A stretch of 64,000 nucleotides of DNA. It comes from Macrostomum lignano. Its lineage: Eukaryota. The notes under the pieces were generated by a model. It saw only the letters and a program-made list of their open reading frames with translations. It was not told the DNA's origin and did no database searches. The stretch's first letter is position 1. Each line of letters begins with the position of its first letter. Shown one piece after another: positions 18,338 to 28,590 of this stretch. The stretch lies in contig NIVC01000257.1 in NCBI GenBank assembly GCA_002269645.1, positions 1 to 64,000 on the forward strand. Reading direction: 5' to 3'. Both the position numbers and the translations under genes were made by a program.

Positions 18338-18830
18338 ATTCTACTACCAGTATAAAAATGGAATATTGTGTCCGTAATTTGTTCAGTATTAAAAGACTGT
18401 TGATACTTTTGATACATATCGCCAAAACGTTGAGAAAACAGTTCGAATAAAAAGTCTATCCAGAAAATCACCCTATTCTACTAACAGTATAAGAATGGAA
18501 TATTTTAGCAACAATAATGAAATGTACAGTATTGAAAAATGTGTACTTTCGATACATATCGCCTAAACTTTGAGAAAACATTTTAATTTTTTCTAATAAT
18601 TTATCAGAAAATCTGGTAAAAAGTGAATAAAAAATGTATCCATAGAAATGAAACTATTCTACAAACAATATAAAATGAAATATTTTATCGAAATTTGTAC
18701 AGTAATGAAAAAACAGTACTTTCGATACATATCGCCTAAAAGTTGAGATAACGTTTCTATAATTATTTTCACTAATTTATCTGACATATTTTGTAATCTA
18801 TGAATAAAATATCACTATCCAGAAAAATCT
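18338..18830. repeat. Old, diverged triplication of a 140-180-bp AT-rich unit between UCP and DUSP11
   Basis: ATTCTAC...TACTTTCGATACATATCGCC-AAA-TTGAGA recurs at about 18338, 18476, 18656. Confidence 0.75.
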
Positions 18831-18987
18831 GGCATAGAATAACGGAAACAGAATACGGAATTAGTAGGCTTACTAATAGTAGCCAGTCATAGTTATAAAT
18901 GTATAATAAAATATAATCCAGCCGACATGTATAGAAAATTGAATATTTTAAATAGAATTACAATTACAGCAAATCAGTTTATTAAGA

Positions 18988-21109
18988 TTAAATCGGCCTA
19001 ATGCCAACCAGTTTTCTAAGCTGCTCAAAAATCATAAAAGTGATAACAGTGTGCGGCCCGATCCGCATCCAGTTCGGCACGAATCCTTTATAGAGGCCGG
19101 TCAGACCTTCGGTCCTGATGGCGGCAGCGGCGCAAGAGAACGCATTGGAATAGGCGGCTCCACGAAGGCCCACCGTGTCCTGGTTCATCACCCGGGTCTT
19201 CACTACATCCAATGGTGAGGTTGTGATGGCGCACATCAGCCCGGCGAACATGCTGGCTAGAAAGTGCAAAGGCAGGCCCTCTTTGAGCAGGCCTCTGCTC
19301 AGCATGGTGTGCTTAAAGTGATCGTAGGATGGCACCTGCAATGATGAGGGATCTTGTGTCTTAATGTGGAGTGCTGACCTGACTCTGACATCCTCAAAAA
19401 CACCAAATCTGAACAAAACATACTATCTGACCGATTTAGACACAAAATCTGACCCATTAACACAAAAGCTGACCTATAAACACAAAATCTGACCCATAAA
19501 CACAAAAATGACCTATAAACACAAATAACGTGACTGATAATAAATACACTAAACCTAACCCATAAATACACTAAATCCGTCTCATAAAAAACACACTAAA
19601 CCTGACCCATAAATACACTAAACCTGACCCATAAATACACTAAATCTGACCCATAAATACACTAAATCTGACCCATAAATACACTAAATCTGACCCATAA
19701 ATACACTAAAACTGACCCATAAACACTAAATCTGACCCATAAACACTAAATCTGACCCATAAACACACTAAATCTGTCCCATAAACACTAAATCTGACCC
19801 ATAAACACTAAAACTGACCCATAAAAACACTAAATCTGACCCATAAACACTAAATCTGACCCATAAACACTAAAACTGACCCATAAACACTAAATCTGAC
19901 CCATAAACACTAAATCTGACCCATAAACACTAAAACTGACCCATAAATACACTAAATCTGACCCATAAACACTAAAACTGACCCATAAACACTAAAACTG
20001 ACCCATAAACACACTAAACCTGACCCATAAACACTAAAACTGACCCATAAAAACACTAAAACTGACCCATAAACACTAAATCTGACCCATAAACACTAAA
20101 ACTGACCCATAAAAACACTAAATCTAACCCATAAACACACTAAATCTGTCCCATAAACACTAAAACTGACCCATAAACACTAAAACTGACCCATAAACAC
20201 ACTAAACCTGACCCATAAACACACTAAATCTGTCCCATAAACACTAAAACTGACCCATAAACACTAAAACTGACCCATAAACACTAAATCTGACCCATAA
20301 ACACTAAATCTGTCCCATAAACACTAAAACTGACCCATAAACACTAAAACTGACCCATAAACACTAAAACTGACCCATAAACACTAAAACTGACCCATAA
20401 ACACACTAAATCTGTCCCATAATAAACACACTAAACCTGTCCCATAAACACACTAAACCTGTCCCACAAACACACTAAGTCTGACCCATAAGCACACCAA
20501 TCTGACCCATAAACACCCTAAATCTGACCCAGCCTAACCCAAACCAAGCAGCAGACTGACCTGAGTAGCGGTGACAACAGCGGCCCGGGCTACAGTCGGC
20601 CCGATGCCCTTGTACAGGGCAGGCACGCCGCCCTCCGCATAGATACTAACAAAAGCGTGCCAGGTGCCGCGGTACCTGGCCCCGGACTCGAACGCCTGCA
20701 TTCGAACTTTCACTAAATCCGTAGGCGTAGCCACAGCGCTACCCAGCACGCCGGTGACAGCGCCCGAACAGATTTTCTTCCACAACGAGAAGTTAGCCGG
20801 ATCGGTCTCCCCGAACAGCCGCTTGACAGGCTCGTACAGGCCCACCCGGATGGCCCCGTAGCCGCCATCGCGCATCATCGACGGCACGACGCCTTTGTAC
20901 AGACCGCGAAGGCCTTCGTTGCGGACCACGGTGGCCAGGCCGCGAATGAAACCGGCGTAGCGAGCGCTGCTCGTCCGGTTGGCTGCTTCGCCTTGGATCT
21001 GCAGGCGAATCTTCACCACGTCTACAGGATTGGTGACCACCGCCGCCGTCAGGTTGGAGCAGCCGGCCAGGCCCACCCGGACCCAGTCGCTTTCCGGCTG
21101 CTGCTGCTG
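18988..21109 (-). CDS. Mitochondrial carrier (SLC25), uncoupling-protein-like (invertebrate UCP4/5 / ucpB type), about 300 aa; start codon not in this exon
   Basis: Exons (minus) about 21109-20561 (CAG|GTCAGT) and 19335-18988. Three carrier signatures (PVDVVKIR, PTDLVKVR, PLDVVKTR). AATAAA 5 nt after the stop. The ORF-track 'M' at 21121 is GTG and an in-frame TGA lies just upstream. Confidence 0.92.
19565..20535. repeat. 20-22-bp minisatellite (CTGACCCATAAACACTAAAT), about 45 copies, UCP intron
   Basis: Tandem units running up to the donor. Confidence 0.95.
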
Positions 21110-21139
21110 CTGCGGGTTCACGATAATAGCAGCACCGTA

Positions 21140-21580
21140 TCAATCTATCAGCCTAGCTATCTACTAAATATCAACTTATCAATCTATCAACCTAGCTATC
21201 TACTAAATATCAACTTATCAATCTATCAACCTAGCTATCTACTAAATATCAACTTATCAATCTATCAACCTAGCTATCTACTAAATATCAACTTATCAAT
21301 CTATCAACCTAGCTATCTACTAAATATCAACTAATCAATCTATCAAACTAGACATTAATTTCATATCAACTAATCAATCTATCAAACTAGACATTTACTA
21401 AATATCAACCAATCAATCTATCAAACTAGACATTTACTTAATATCAACTAATCAATCTATCAAACTAGACATTAATTTAATATCAACTAATCAATCTATC
21501 AAACTAGACATTAATTTAATATCAACTAATCAATCTATCAAACTAGACATTTACTAAATATCAACTTATCAATCTCAACT
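21140..21580. repeat. 39-bp minisatellite (ATCAATCTATCAACCTAGCTATCTACTAAATATCAACTT)
   Basis: About 11 copies, two subtypes. Confidence 0.93.
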
Positions 21581-21760
21581 TATCAATGTATCAAATGCTA
21601 ACTTATTAATATATCAACTCAGTTCATCAATATTAAAAAGTTAAGACCAGTCAGAGTAACTGATTGGTAAAGAAATATTATAAATATAGTTTATATTTGA
21701 ACAGATTAGAATTAAAAACTCTAGTGATCATCTCGTTTTCATTGAATTAGGCTTCTTTAC

Positions 21761-22218
21761 GGCTACCGGACATTTGCCCTCCGGCATTTGCCCTCCGGAC
21801 ATTTGCCCTCCGGACATTTCCCCTCTGGAAAAGTACAGGTAAGGCTGGGGATAGGGTAGGGCGCGGGTATATATTGCTTACTAGAAAAGGATGAGTTGTT
21901 GGCTGGAGAAGAACCTGATGGATGCAAGAGGCGGGAGGATGAGGTTGGTGCTGGAGGAACGACGGGTGGGTACAGGAGGAGGTGAGGTGAGTAATGTGCG
22001 AGGGGGTAAATTTGCAGAGGGCAAATGTCCGGAGGGCAAATGTCCGGAGGGCAAATGTCCCCGAGGGCAAATGTCCCCGAGGGGAAATGTCCGGAGGGCA
22101 AATGTCCGGAGGGGAAATGTCCCGGAGGGCAAATGTCCGGAGGGCAAACGCCGCCGAGGGGAAGTGCCGGAGGGCAAGTGCCGGAGGGGAAGTGCCGGAG
22201 GGCAAATGTCCGGAAGCG
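21761..22218. mobile_element. Non-autonomous foldback/MULE-type DNA transposon (MITE) with subrepeat-built TIRs and 9-bp TSD
   Basis: Left arm GGCTACCGGACATTTGCCCTCC.., right arm ..GGAGGGCAAATGTCCGGAAGCG (15-bp subrepeats in inverted orientation). Flanked by identical CTTCTTTAC at 21752-21760 and 22219-22227. Confidence 0.88.
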
Positions 22219-22389
22219 CTTCTTTACGAGTAAATGCCAAAACAAATGTATGAAATATCCAGAAATAAAATTAGCATTAAAACACGCAGTGAGACAGTAG
22301 TTCTTATACGCTAATTAATAGTTAATTTGTGAAATTATAAATTACTTACTTGCAAAATCAACCACCTTCCAACGTACAAGAAAATTGCA

Positions 22390-22815
22390 GTTCCCATCAA
22401 CCAATCAAAAAATCGCTGCAGTTCTCTCTATTCTCCCAACCAATCAAAAAATCGCTGCAGTTCTCTCTATTCTCCCAACCAATCAGAGAATCGCTGCAGT
22501 TCTCTCTATTCTCCCAACCAATCAGAGAATCGCTGCAGTTCTCTCTATTCTCCCAACCAATCAGAGAATCGCTGCAGTTCTCTCTATTCTCCCAACCAAT
22601 CAGAGAATCGCTGCAGTTCTCTCTATTCTCCCAACCAATCAGAGAATCGCTGCAGTTCTCTCTATTCTCCCAACCAATCAGAGAATCGCTGCAGTTCTCT
22701 CTTTCCTCCAACCAATCAGAGAATCGCTGCAGTTTTCTTATTCTACCAACCAATCAGAGAATCGCTGCAGTTCTTTCGATTCCCCCAACCAATCAGAGAA
22801 TCGCTGCAGTTTTCT
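22390..22815. repeat. 39-bp minisatellite carrying AACCAATCAG (CCAAT box), 11 copies
   Basis: CCAACCAATCAGAGAATCGCTGCAGTTCTCTCTATTCTC units. Confidence 0.95.
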
Positions 22816-22842
22816 CATACCGTTTTGAATTTCCAGCTCTAA

Positions 22843-25335
22843 CTAACAGTTCCCATCCTGCTCAGTGAGCCGCAGCCACTCCAGCAGGGCCATCTTGGTC
22901 CCGGTGCTAACCCGGTTCTTGGCGTCAGGCCTGCAGCTGAGCAATTGTGAAACCTGTACCGGAACCTCGGACCTATCCAGAGACCAGCTGGGTACCGTTT
23001 CCTCATCTGGAGTTTCTTCTCTGCTATTCTGAAAATTGGAGGGGATTGCGCTATTGGTGTGTTGCTCTATTACTGTCTCTCACACTTCCAGATCTCCGAC
23101 TCTTCGTGACTTTCTGTCACTCTTCATGACGTTCTCTATTCATGACGTTCTGTCACTCTTTATGACTTTCTGTCACTCTTTATGACTTTCTGTCACTCTT
23201 TATGACGTTCTCTCTTCATGACGTTCTGTCACTCTTCATGACTTTCTGTCACTCTTTATGACTCTGTCACTCTTCATGACGTTCTGTCACTCTTTATGAC
23301 TTTCTGTCACTCTTTATGACTTTCTGTCACTCTTCATGACTTTCTGTCACTCTTTATGACTCTGTCACTCTTCATGACGTTCTGTCACTCTTTATGACTT
23401 TCTGTCACTCTTTATGACTGTTTTTATGACTTTCTGTCACTCTTCATGACTTTCGGTCACTCTTCGTGACTTTCTGTCACTCTTCATGACTTTCTGTGAC
23501 TCTTTATGACTTTCTGTCACTCTTCATGACGTTCTGTCACTATTCATGACGTTCTCTCTTCATGACGTTCTGTCACTCTTTATGAATTTCTGTCACTCTT
23601 TATGACTCTGTCACTCTTCATGACGTTCTGTCACTATTAATGACGGTCTGTCACTATTAATGATGGTCTGTCACTATTAATGACGGTCTGTCACTATTAA
23701 TGACGTTCTGTCACTCTTCATGACGTTCTGTCACTCTTCATGACGGTCTGTCACTATTAATGACGGTCTGTCACTATTAATGACGTTCTGTCACTCTTCA
23801 TGACGTTCTGTCACTCTTCATGACGGTCTGTCACTATTAATGACGGTCTGTCACTATTAATGACGTTCTGTCACTCTTCATGACGTTCTGTCACTCTTCA
23901 TGACGTTCTGTCACTCTTCATGCCGTTCTGTCACTCTTCATGATGTTCTGTCACTCTTCATGACGTTCTGTCACTCTTTATGACGTTCTGTCACTCTTCA
24001 TGACGTTCTGTCACTCTTCATGACGTCCTGTCACTCTTCAGCATGACCTTCACTAATTTACACTCTCGCTGTCTCAGCAGACAAGCCCTAGTCGCAGAAG
24101 TGCAGCACAGCTAACCTGACGATCGCCATCATCGGCTAGGCCGTCGCCTTCTTCAAGCAGCAAAGTGCCGCCGATCCGCCTGGCCAGCCGGCGGTCAATC
24201 CAAACCAGCCGGTCCACCTCGCGCGGCTCCGGCTTGGCGGCCGAGGTCAGGCTAGCCGAAGACTCCGACAGTCTGGCGTGGAAGTACAGCACCAGATGGT
24301 GCCTAGCAGGCCAGCCAATGTCCAGACTGGCCGGGAACACGGACTCCCAGGCCGTGAGCAGGCGAATTGGCGGCCCGGCTCCGCCAGCAGGCAGGGTCAG
24401 GCCGACCTCCTCTGCCAGCTCTCTGGCCGCTGCCTGTGCGGCGGTCTCGCCGAGGTCCAGATGACCGCCTGGCGGCACCCACACCTCCGGGAAGGCGGAC
24501 ATGCCGGCCGGGCGCCTGGTGAGCAGCAGGCGACCGTCGCCAGATTCCAGCAGTATAGCGGCTGCGGCCGCTACGCGAGTGAAACGACGGCGGGTGTCAG
24601 CAGCGTCGGGCTGCAAGGGGGAGCATTCAGCAGGGGTGGACTGTGGTGATCACTCCGCCAAGCATCTGATGAACACCTTTTGCTTAATTGTTAAACTCCC
24701 CGTGTCATACTTAAACAGCCCTCTCTCTCTCTCCATTTTTAAACTGCCCTAGAGAGCTTAAACACACGACACCAATAAACTACCTAAGAGGCTTAAATCC
24801 TCATTGTTAAACACCCTAGCCCAATAGGCTTAAACACACCACACTGCTAAACTACCCTAACTCAATAGGCTTAAACACAGCACACTGCTAAACTACCTAA
24901 GAGGCTTAAACACAGCACACTGCTAAACTAAGAGGCTTAAACATCCCTTGTTAACCCTCCCACTCACACTCCCCCTAGCCACCAGACCCCTGGTTGCAGC
25001 CGCACCTGAGCGGGAGGCTGCAAACCGACACCTTCGGCAATCTTGGCCACCGGGCAGTCGGCAGGCCGGTGCAGCTCTGTGTGATGCGTTGACGTCGCCG
25101 AACTGTCAAGCAGTCCAGCGTCGATAGATTCGCAAGTCCGAGCACGAAGCGGCGACAGGCAGACGCGATCCGGCAGCAGGTCGATGGTCACCTGAGCTGA
25201 GCGGCCGGGCCTTCGGGCTCCAGGCGGAGCGCCAAGCCGGCGCACGCAGCCCAGCAGTGATTCAGCAAAGCCCGGGTAGCGGTTCTCGGCCGGGCAGTAC
25301 ACGAACATGGGGACTCTGCGTAGGCGGAGCCACAT
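22843..25335 (-). CDS. NUDT17: Nudix hydrolase 17-like, about 336 aa
   Basis: Exons (minus) 25335-25006, 24610-24116, 23028-22843, all phase 0. LLLTRR, WVPPGGHLDLGETAAQAAARELAEEVGL (Nudix box), RHHLVLYF, and C-terminal RVSTGTKMALLEWL typical of NUDT17. Exact start codon uncertain. Confidence 0.88.
23100..24045. repeat. 20-bp minisatellite (TCATGACGTTCTGTCACTCT), NUDT17 intron 2
   Basis: About 47 variant copies. Confidence 0.95.
24755..24950. repeat. Degenerate about 37-bp repeat (GGCTTAAACAC...CTAAACTACC), NUDT17 intron 1
   Basis: About 5 copies. Confidence 0.7.
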
Positions 25336-25369
25336 GAACCGGGTTTTAGCGGCAGGTCGGTGGGGTTAG

Positions 25370-25850
25370 AGTGCAGCGATGGGTGTTTAAAGGGGTTAGG
25401 GCTGCAGCTGATGGGGTGTTTAAAGGGCTTAGGGGTGCAGCTGATGGGGTGTTTAAAGGGGTTAGGGCTGCAGCTGATGGGGTGTTTAAAGGGGTTAGGG
25501 CTGCACCCGATGGGGTGTTTAAAGGGGTTAGGGCTGCAGCTGATGGGGTGTTTAAAGGGCTTAGGGGTGCAGCTGATGGGGTGTTTAAAGGGGTTAGGGC
25601 TGCCGCTGATGGGGTGTTTAAAGGGGTTAGGGCTGCAGCTGATGGGGTGTTTAAAGGGGTTAGAGGTGCAGCTGATGGGGTGTTTAAAGGGGTTAGGGCT
25701 GCAGCTGATGGGGTGTTTAAAGGGGTTAGAGGTGCAGCTGATGGGGTGTTTAAAGGGGTTAGGGCTGCAGCTGATGGGGTGTTTAAAGGGGTTAGGGCTG
25801 CCGCTGATGGGGTGTTTAAAGGGGTTAGGACTGCAGCTGATGGGGTGTTG
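25370..25850. repeat. 33-bp minisatellite (GATGGGGTGTTTAAAGGGGTTAGGGCTGCAGCT), about 15 copies, just upstream of NUDT17
   Basis: Tandem units, one TTAGGG per unit. Confidence 0.95.
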
Positions 25851-26589
25851 AGGCGTGTGGGTTCAACCAACGATATATAGAAAGAAAAAGGAATGTTTAT
25901 TTTCGTAAAAATGTATTAAAATGTTGATTTCATACTTTTTCTGCAGATTTTAAATTTACGTTTTAAATTTTAAGCAAAAATAAAACAAACAAACATACAA
26001 CACTACTCATAGTGGCAAACAGAAACGAAGACAAATCACTTGCTACAATTAATAAAGTCCATATCGATTTTTAATAGCCTTATTTCAGAGTCCTATACAA
26101 CAGTGAATATATAGACTATATATATTTCTATAATAGCAGAATGTTGACAGAAAGAGTGTAAAACTGGATTTTAAAAAGAAACACAAAGACAAGCACGCAA
26201 AACTGCAATGTTTAACAGCAGGAAATTAATAAAAGGTCAACGCTGAAGTCACAATACGGAAAAATTAAGATCTAAAGGATAATAGACACAAAGATTGAGT
26301 GAAAATTTGCAAGTATAATCCTTATAACAGTTGCATAAGTAGTTTAGTTAGGGCAAAATATAGCCAGCACGAGAAGCCCGTCAATCAATAGGTCGAGATG
26401 GTTCCTAATTCAGCTATTACATGGTCTTAGAGGACACGTTCACGTGTATTATTATAAATATGCTTATGTCTCTAACCATAATACAACTTTTTGTTCTTAT
26501 CTGAATACTATTAGTGAGTTAATAGTTGCGATTAACTGACCTAAGATTGGGACACTCAACCTAGGATATTCAGACTCCATTCTAATGTT

Positions 26590-26930
26590 GTGATTCCCCT
26601 TGATAAAATTAGGATTCCCCGCACCAAGATTGGGATTCCCCGTTCTAATATGGGGATGCCCGTCCTAAGATTGGGATTCCCTGTCCTAACATTGGAATTC
26701 CCCGTCCTAATATTGGGATTCCCCGTTCTAATATTGGGATGCTCGTCCTAAGATTGTGATTCCCCGTTCCAATATTGGGATGCCTGTCCTAAGATTGGGA
26801 TTCCCCATCCTAATATTGGGATTTCTCGTCCTAAGATTGGGATTCCCCATCCTAATATTGGGATTCCCCGTCCGAAGATTGGGATTCCCGTCCTAATATT
26901 GGGATTCCCCGTCCTAGATTGGGGTTCCCG
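26590..26930. repeat. 21-22-bp minisatellite (TAA[G/T]ATTGGGATTCCCCGTCC)
   Basis: About 15 copies. Confidence 0.9.
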
Positions 26931-27110
26931 GGTTCTGTGCGGTGAAAATAGGATTTTGGCTTAGAGCTAAAGCCTATCAGTGACTAAAAAGCTTAGTGAA
27001 TCTTAAAAAAAACAAAAGCAACAAGTCGAGTAGGTCTATGGTCCAATAAAAACGTAGGAATAAGCCAGATAAGCACTACAATATAAATTATACCAAGTAT
27101 ACAAAGCAGC

Positions 27111-28195
27111 TCAATACAGGCTGGTCTTCTTCATAATCCGCAGAAATTCCGACTCGTTAATCTCGCCGTCGCCGTCCCTGTCGGCTTCGTCGATCATCTC
27201 CTGAAGCTCCTCGTCTGTGAGATTCTCGCCCAGCTCCTTGGCAACGCGTTTCAAATTTTTAAACGAAATCTTGCCAGTCTCGTCGTCGTCGAATAGGCGG
27301 AAGGCTTTGAGAATCTCCTCCTTCGAGTCTTTCTCCGTCATCTTGCTGGTCATCATACTTAGGAAGTCGTTAAAGTCGATGGTGCCTTCGTGGAGGAAGT
27401 CGGGTTTCGTTAATTAATACAATGTAGAAAATTTAATTGTGAGAGCTCATAGAAGAAGATAGAACAGATGGAACATCATCAGGTACTCGTCCAGCACATG
27501 GAAAATTGTATAAGAACACCTGGGGAACACATGAGAACACCTGGGGAACACATGAGAACACCTGGGGAACATGAGAACACCTGGGGAACACATGAGAACA
27601 CCTGGGGAACACATGAGAACACCTGGGGAACACATGAGAACACCTGGGGAACACATGAGAACACCTGGGGAACACAAAAGAACACCTAGGGAACACATAA
27701 GAACAGCTGGGGAACACATAGAACACTGGGGGACACATAAGAACAGTGGGGAACACATATGAACTGCTGGGTAACACATAAGAACAGCTGGGGAACGCAT
27801 GAGAACACCTGGGGAACACAGTATTAATTGACAGGCTGTCTACCAAACGATTAAAAAAAGTAGCACATGTCTGCAACTAGACTGAGGCCTACAGTCAACC
27901 TGCCCACCCTACTGCAGAATGAATCTCCTAATAAAAGCTCGAAGAAGCCCTCACCTGTGCCTTCCTTGTCGTACTCGGCAATCAGCTTCTTAATCTCTTC
28001 TTTCTTGGGCTCGAAGCCGAGCGCCCGCATGGCCACCTTCAGTTCCTTGATGTCGATGGTGCCGGAGCCGTCGTTATTAAATAGGTCAAATGCTTCGCGA
28101 ATCTCCTGCTTCTGCTCCTCGGACAGCTCCAGCTTGATGCCGGCCGTCTTCTTCTTCTGGCCGCCGCCAGGGCTTGGCTTCTTGAAGGTCGACAT
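27111..28195 (-). CDS. CETN2: Centrin (CETN1/2-type, caltractin), 171 aa
   Basis: Exons (minus) 28195-27955 (G|GTGAGG) and 27385-27111. [63 protein letters not shown]. Confidence 0.96.
27500..27820. repeat. 21-bp minisatellite (GAACACCTGGGGAACACATGA), centrin intron
   Basis: About 14 copies. Confidence 0.93.
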
Positions 28196-28199
28196 GCAT

Positions 28200-28590
28200 G
28201 AGACAGCAATGAGTACAGACAGCAATGAGCACAGTCACAGACTGCAATGAGCACAGACTGCAATGAGACAGCAATGAGTACAGACTGCAATGAGCACAGA
28301 CTGCAATGAGACAACAATGAGCACAGACTGCAATGAGACAGCAATGAGCACAGACTGCAATGAGTACAGACTGCAATGAGCACAGACTGCAATGAGTACA
28401 GACTGCAATGAGCATAGACTGCAATGAGTACAGACTACACTGAGCAGTGAGCACAGATTGCAATGAGACAACAATGAGTAAAGTGCTTAATCAGTACAGA
28501 CTGTAATGAGTAGACTGTAATGAGTACAGACTGTAATGACAATGAGTATAGACTATAATGAGACAGCAATGAGTAGACTATAGAGAGTAG
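28200..28590. repeat. 16/26-bp minisatellite (CAGACTGCAATGAG[C/T]A) abutting the centrin ATG
   Basis: Starts 5 nt upstream of the ATG. Confidence 0.92.

Noticed and set aside
25370-25850. Telomere-like TTAGGG content
   Set aside because: Only one TTAGGG per 33-bp unit; not a telomeric tract.
26590-26930. NF-kB-like GGGATTCCCC in each unit (and GGGATTTCC at 15.5 kb)
   Set aside because: Motif match only; presence of NF-kB in this lineage is doubtful, and G/C-run cores are common in these arrays.
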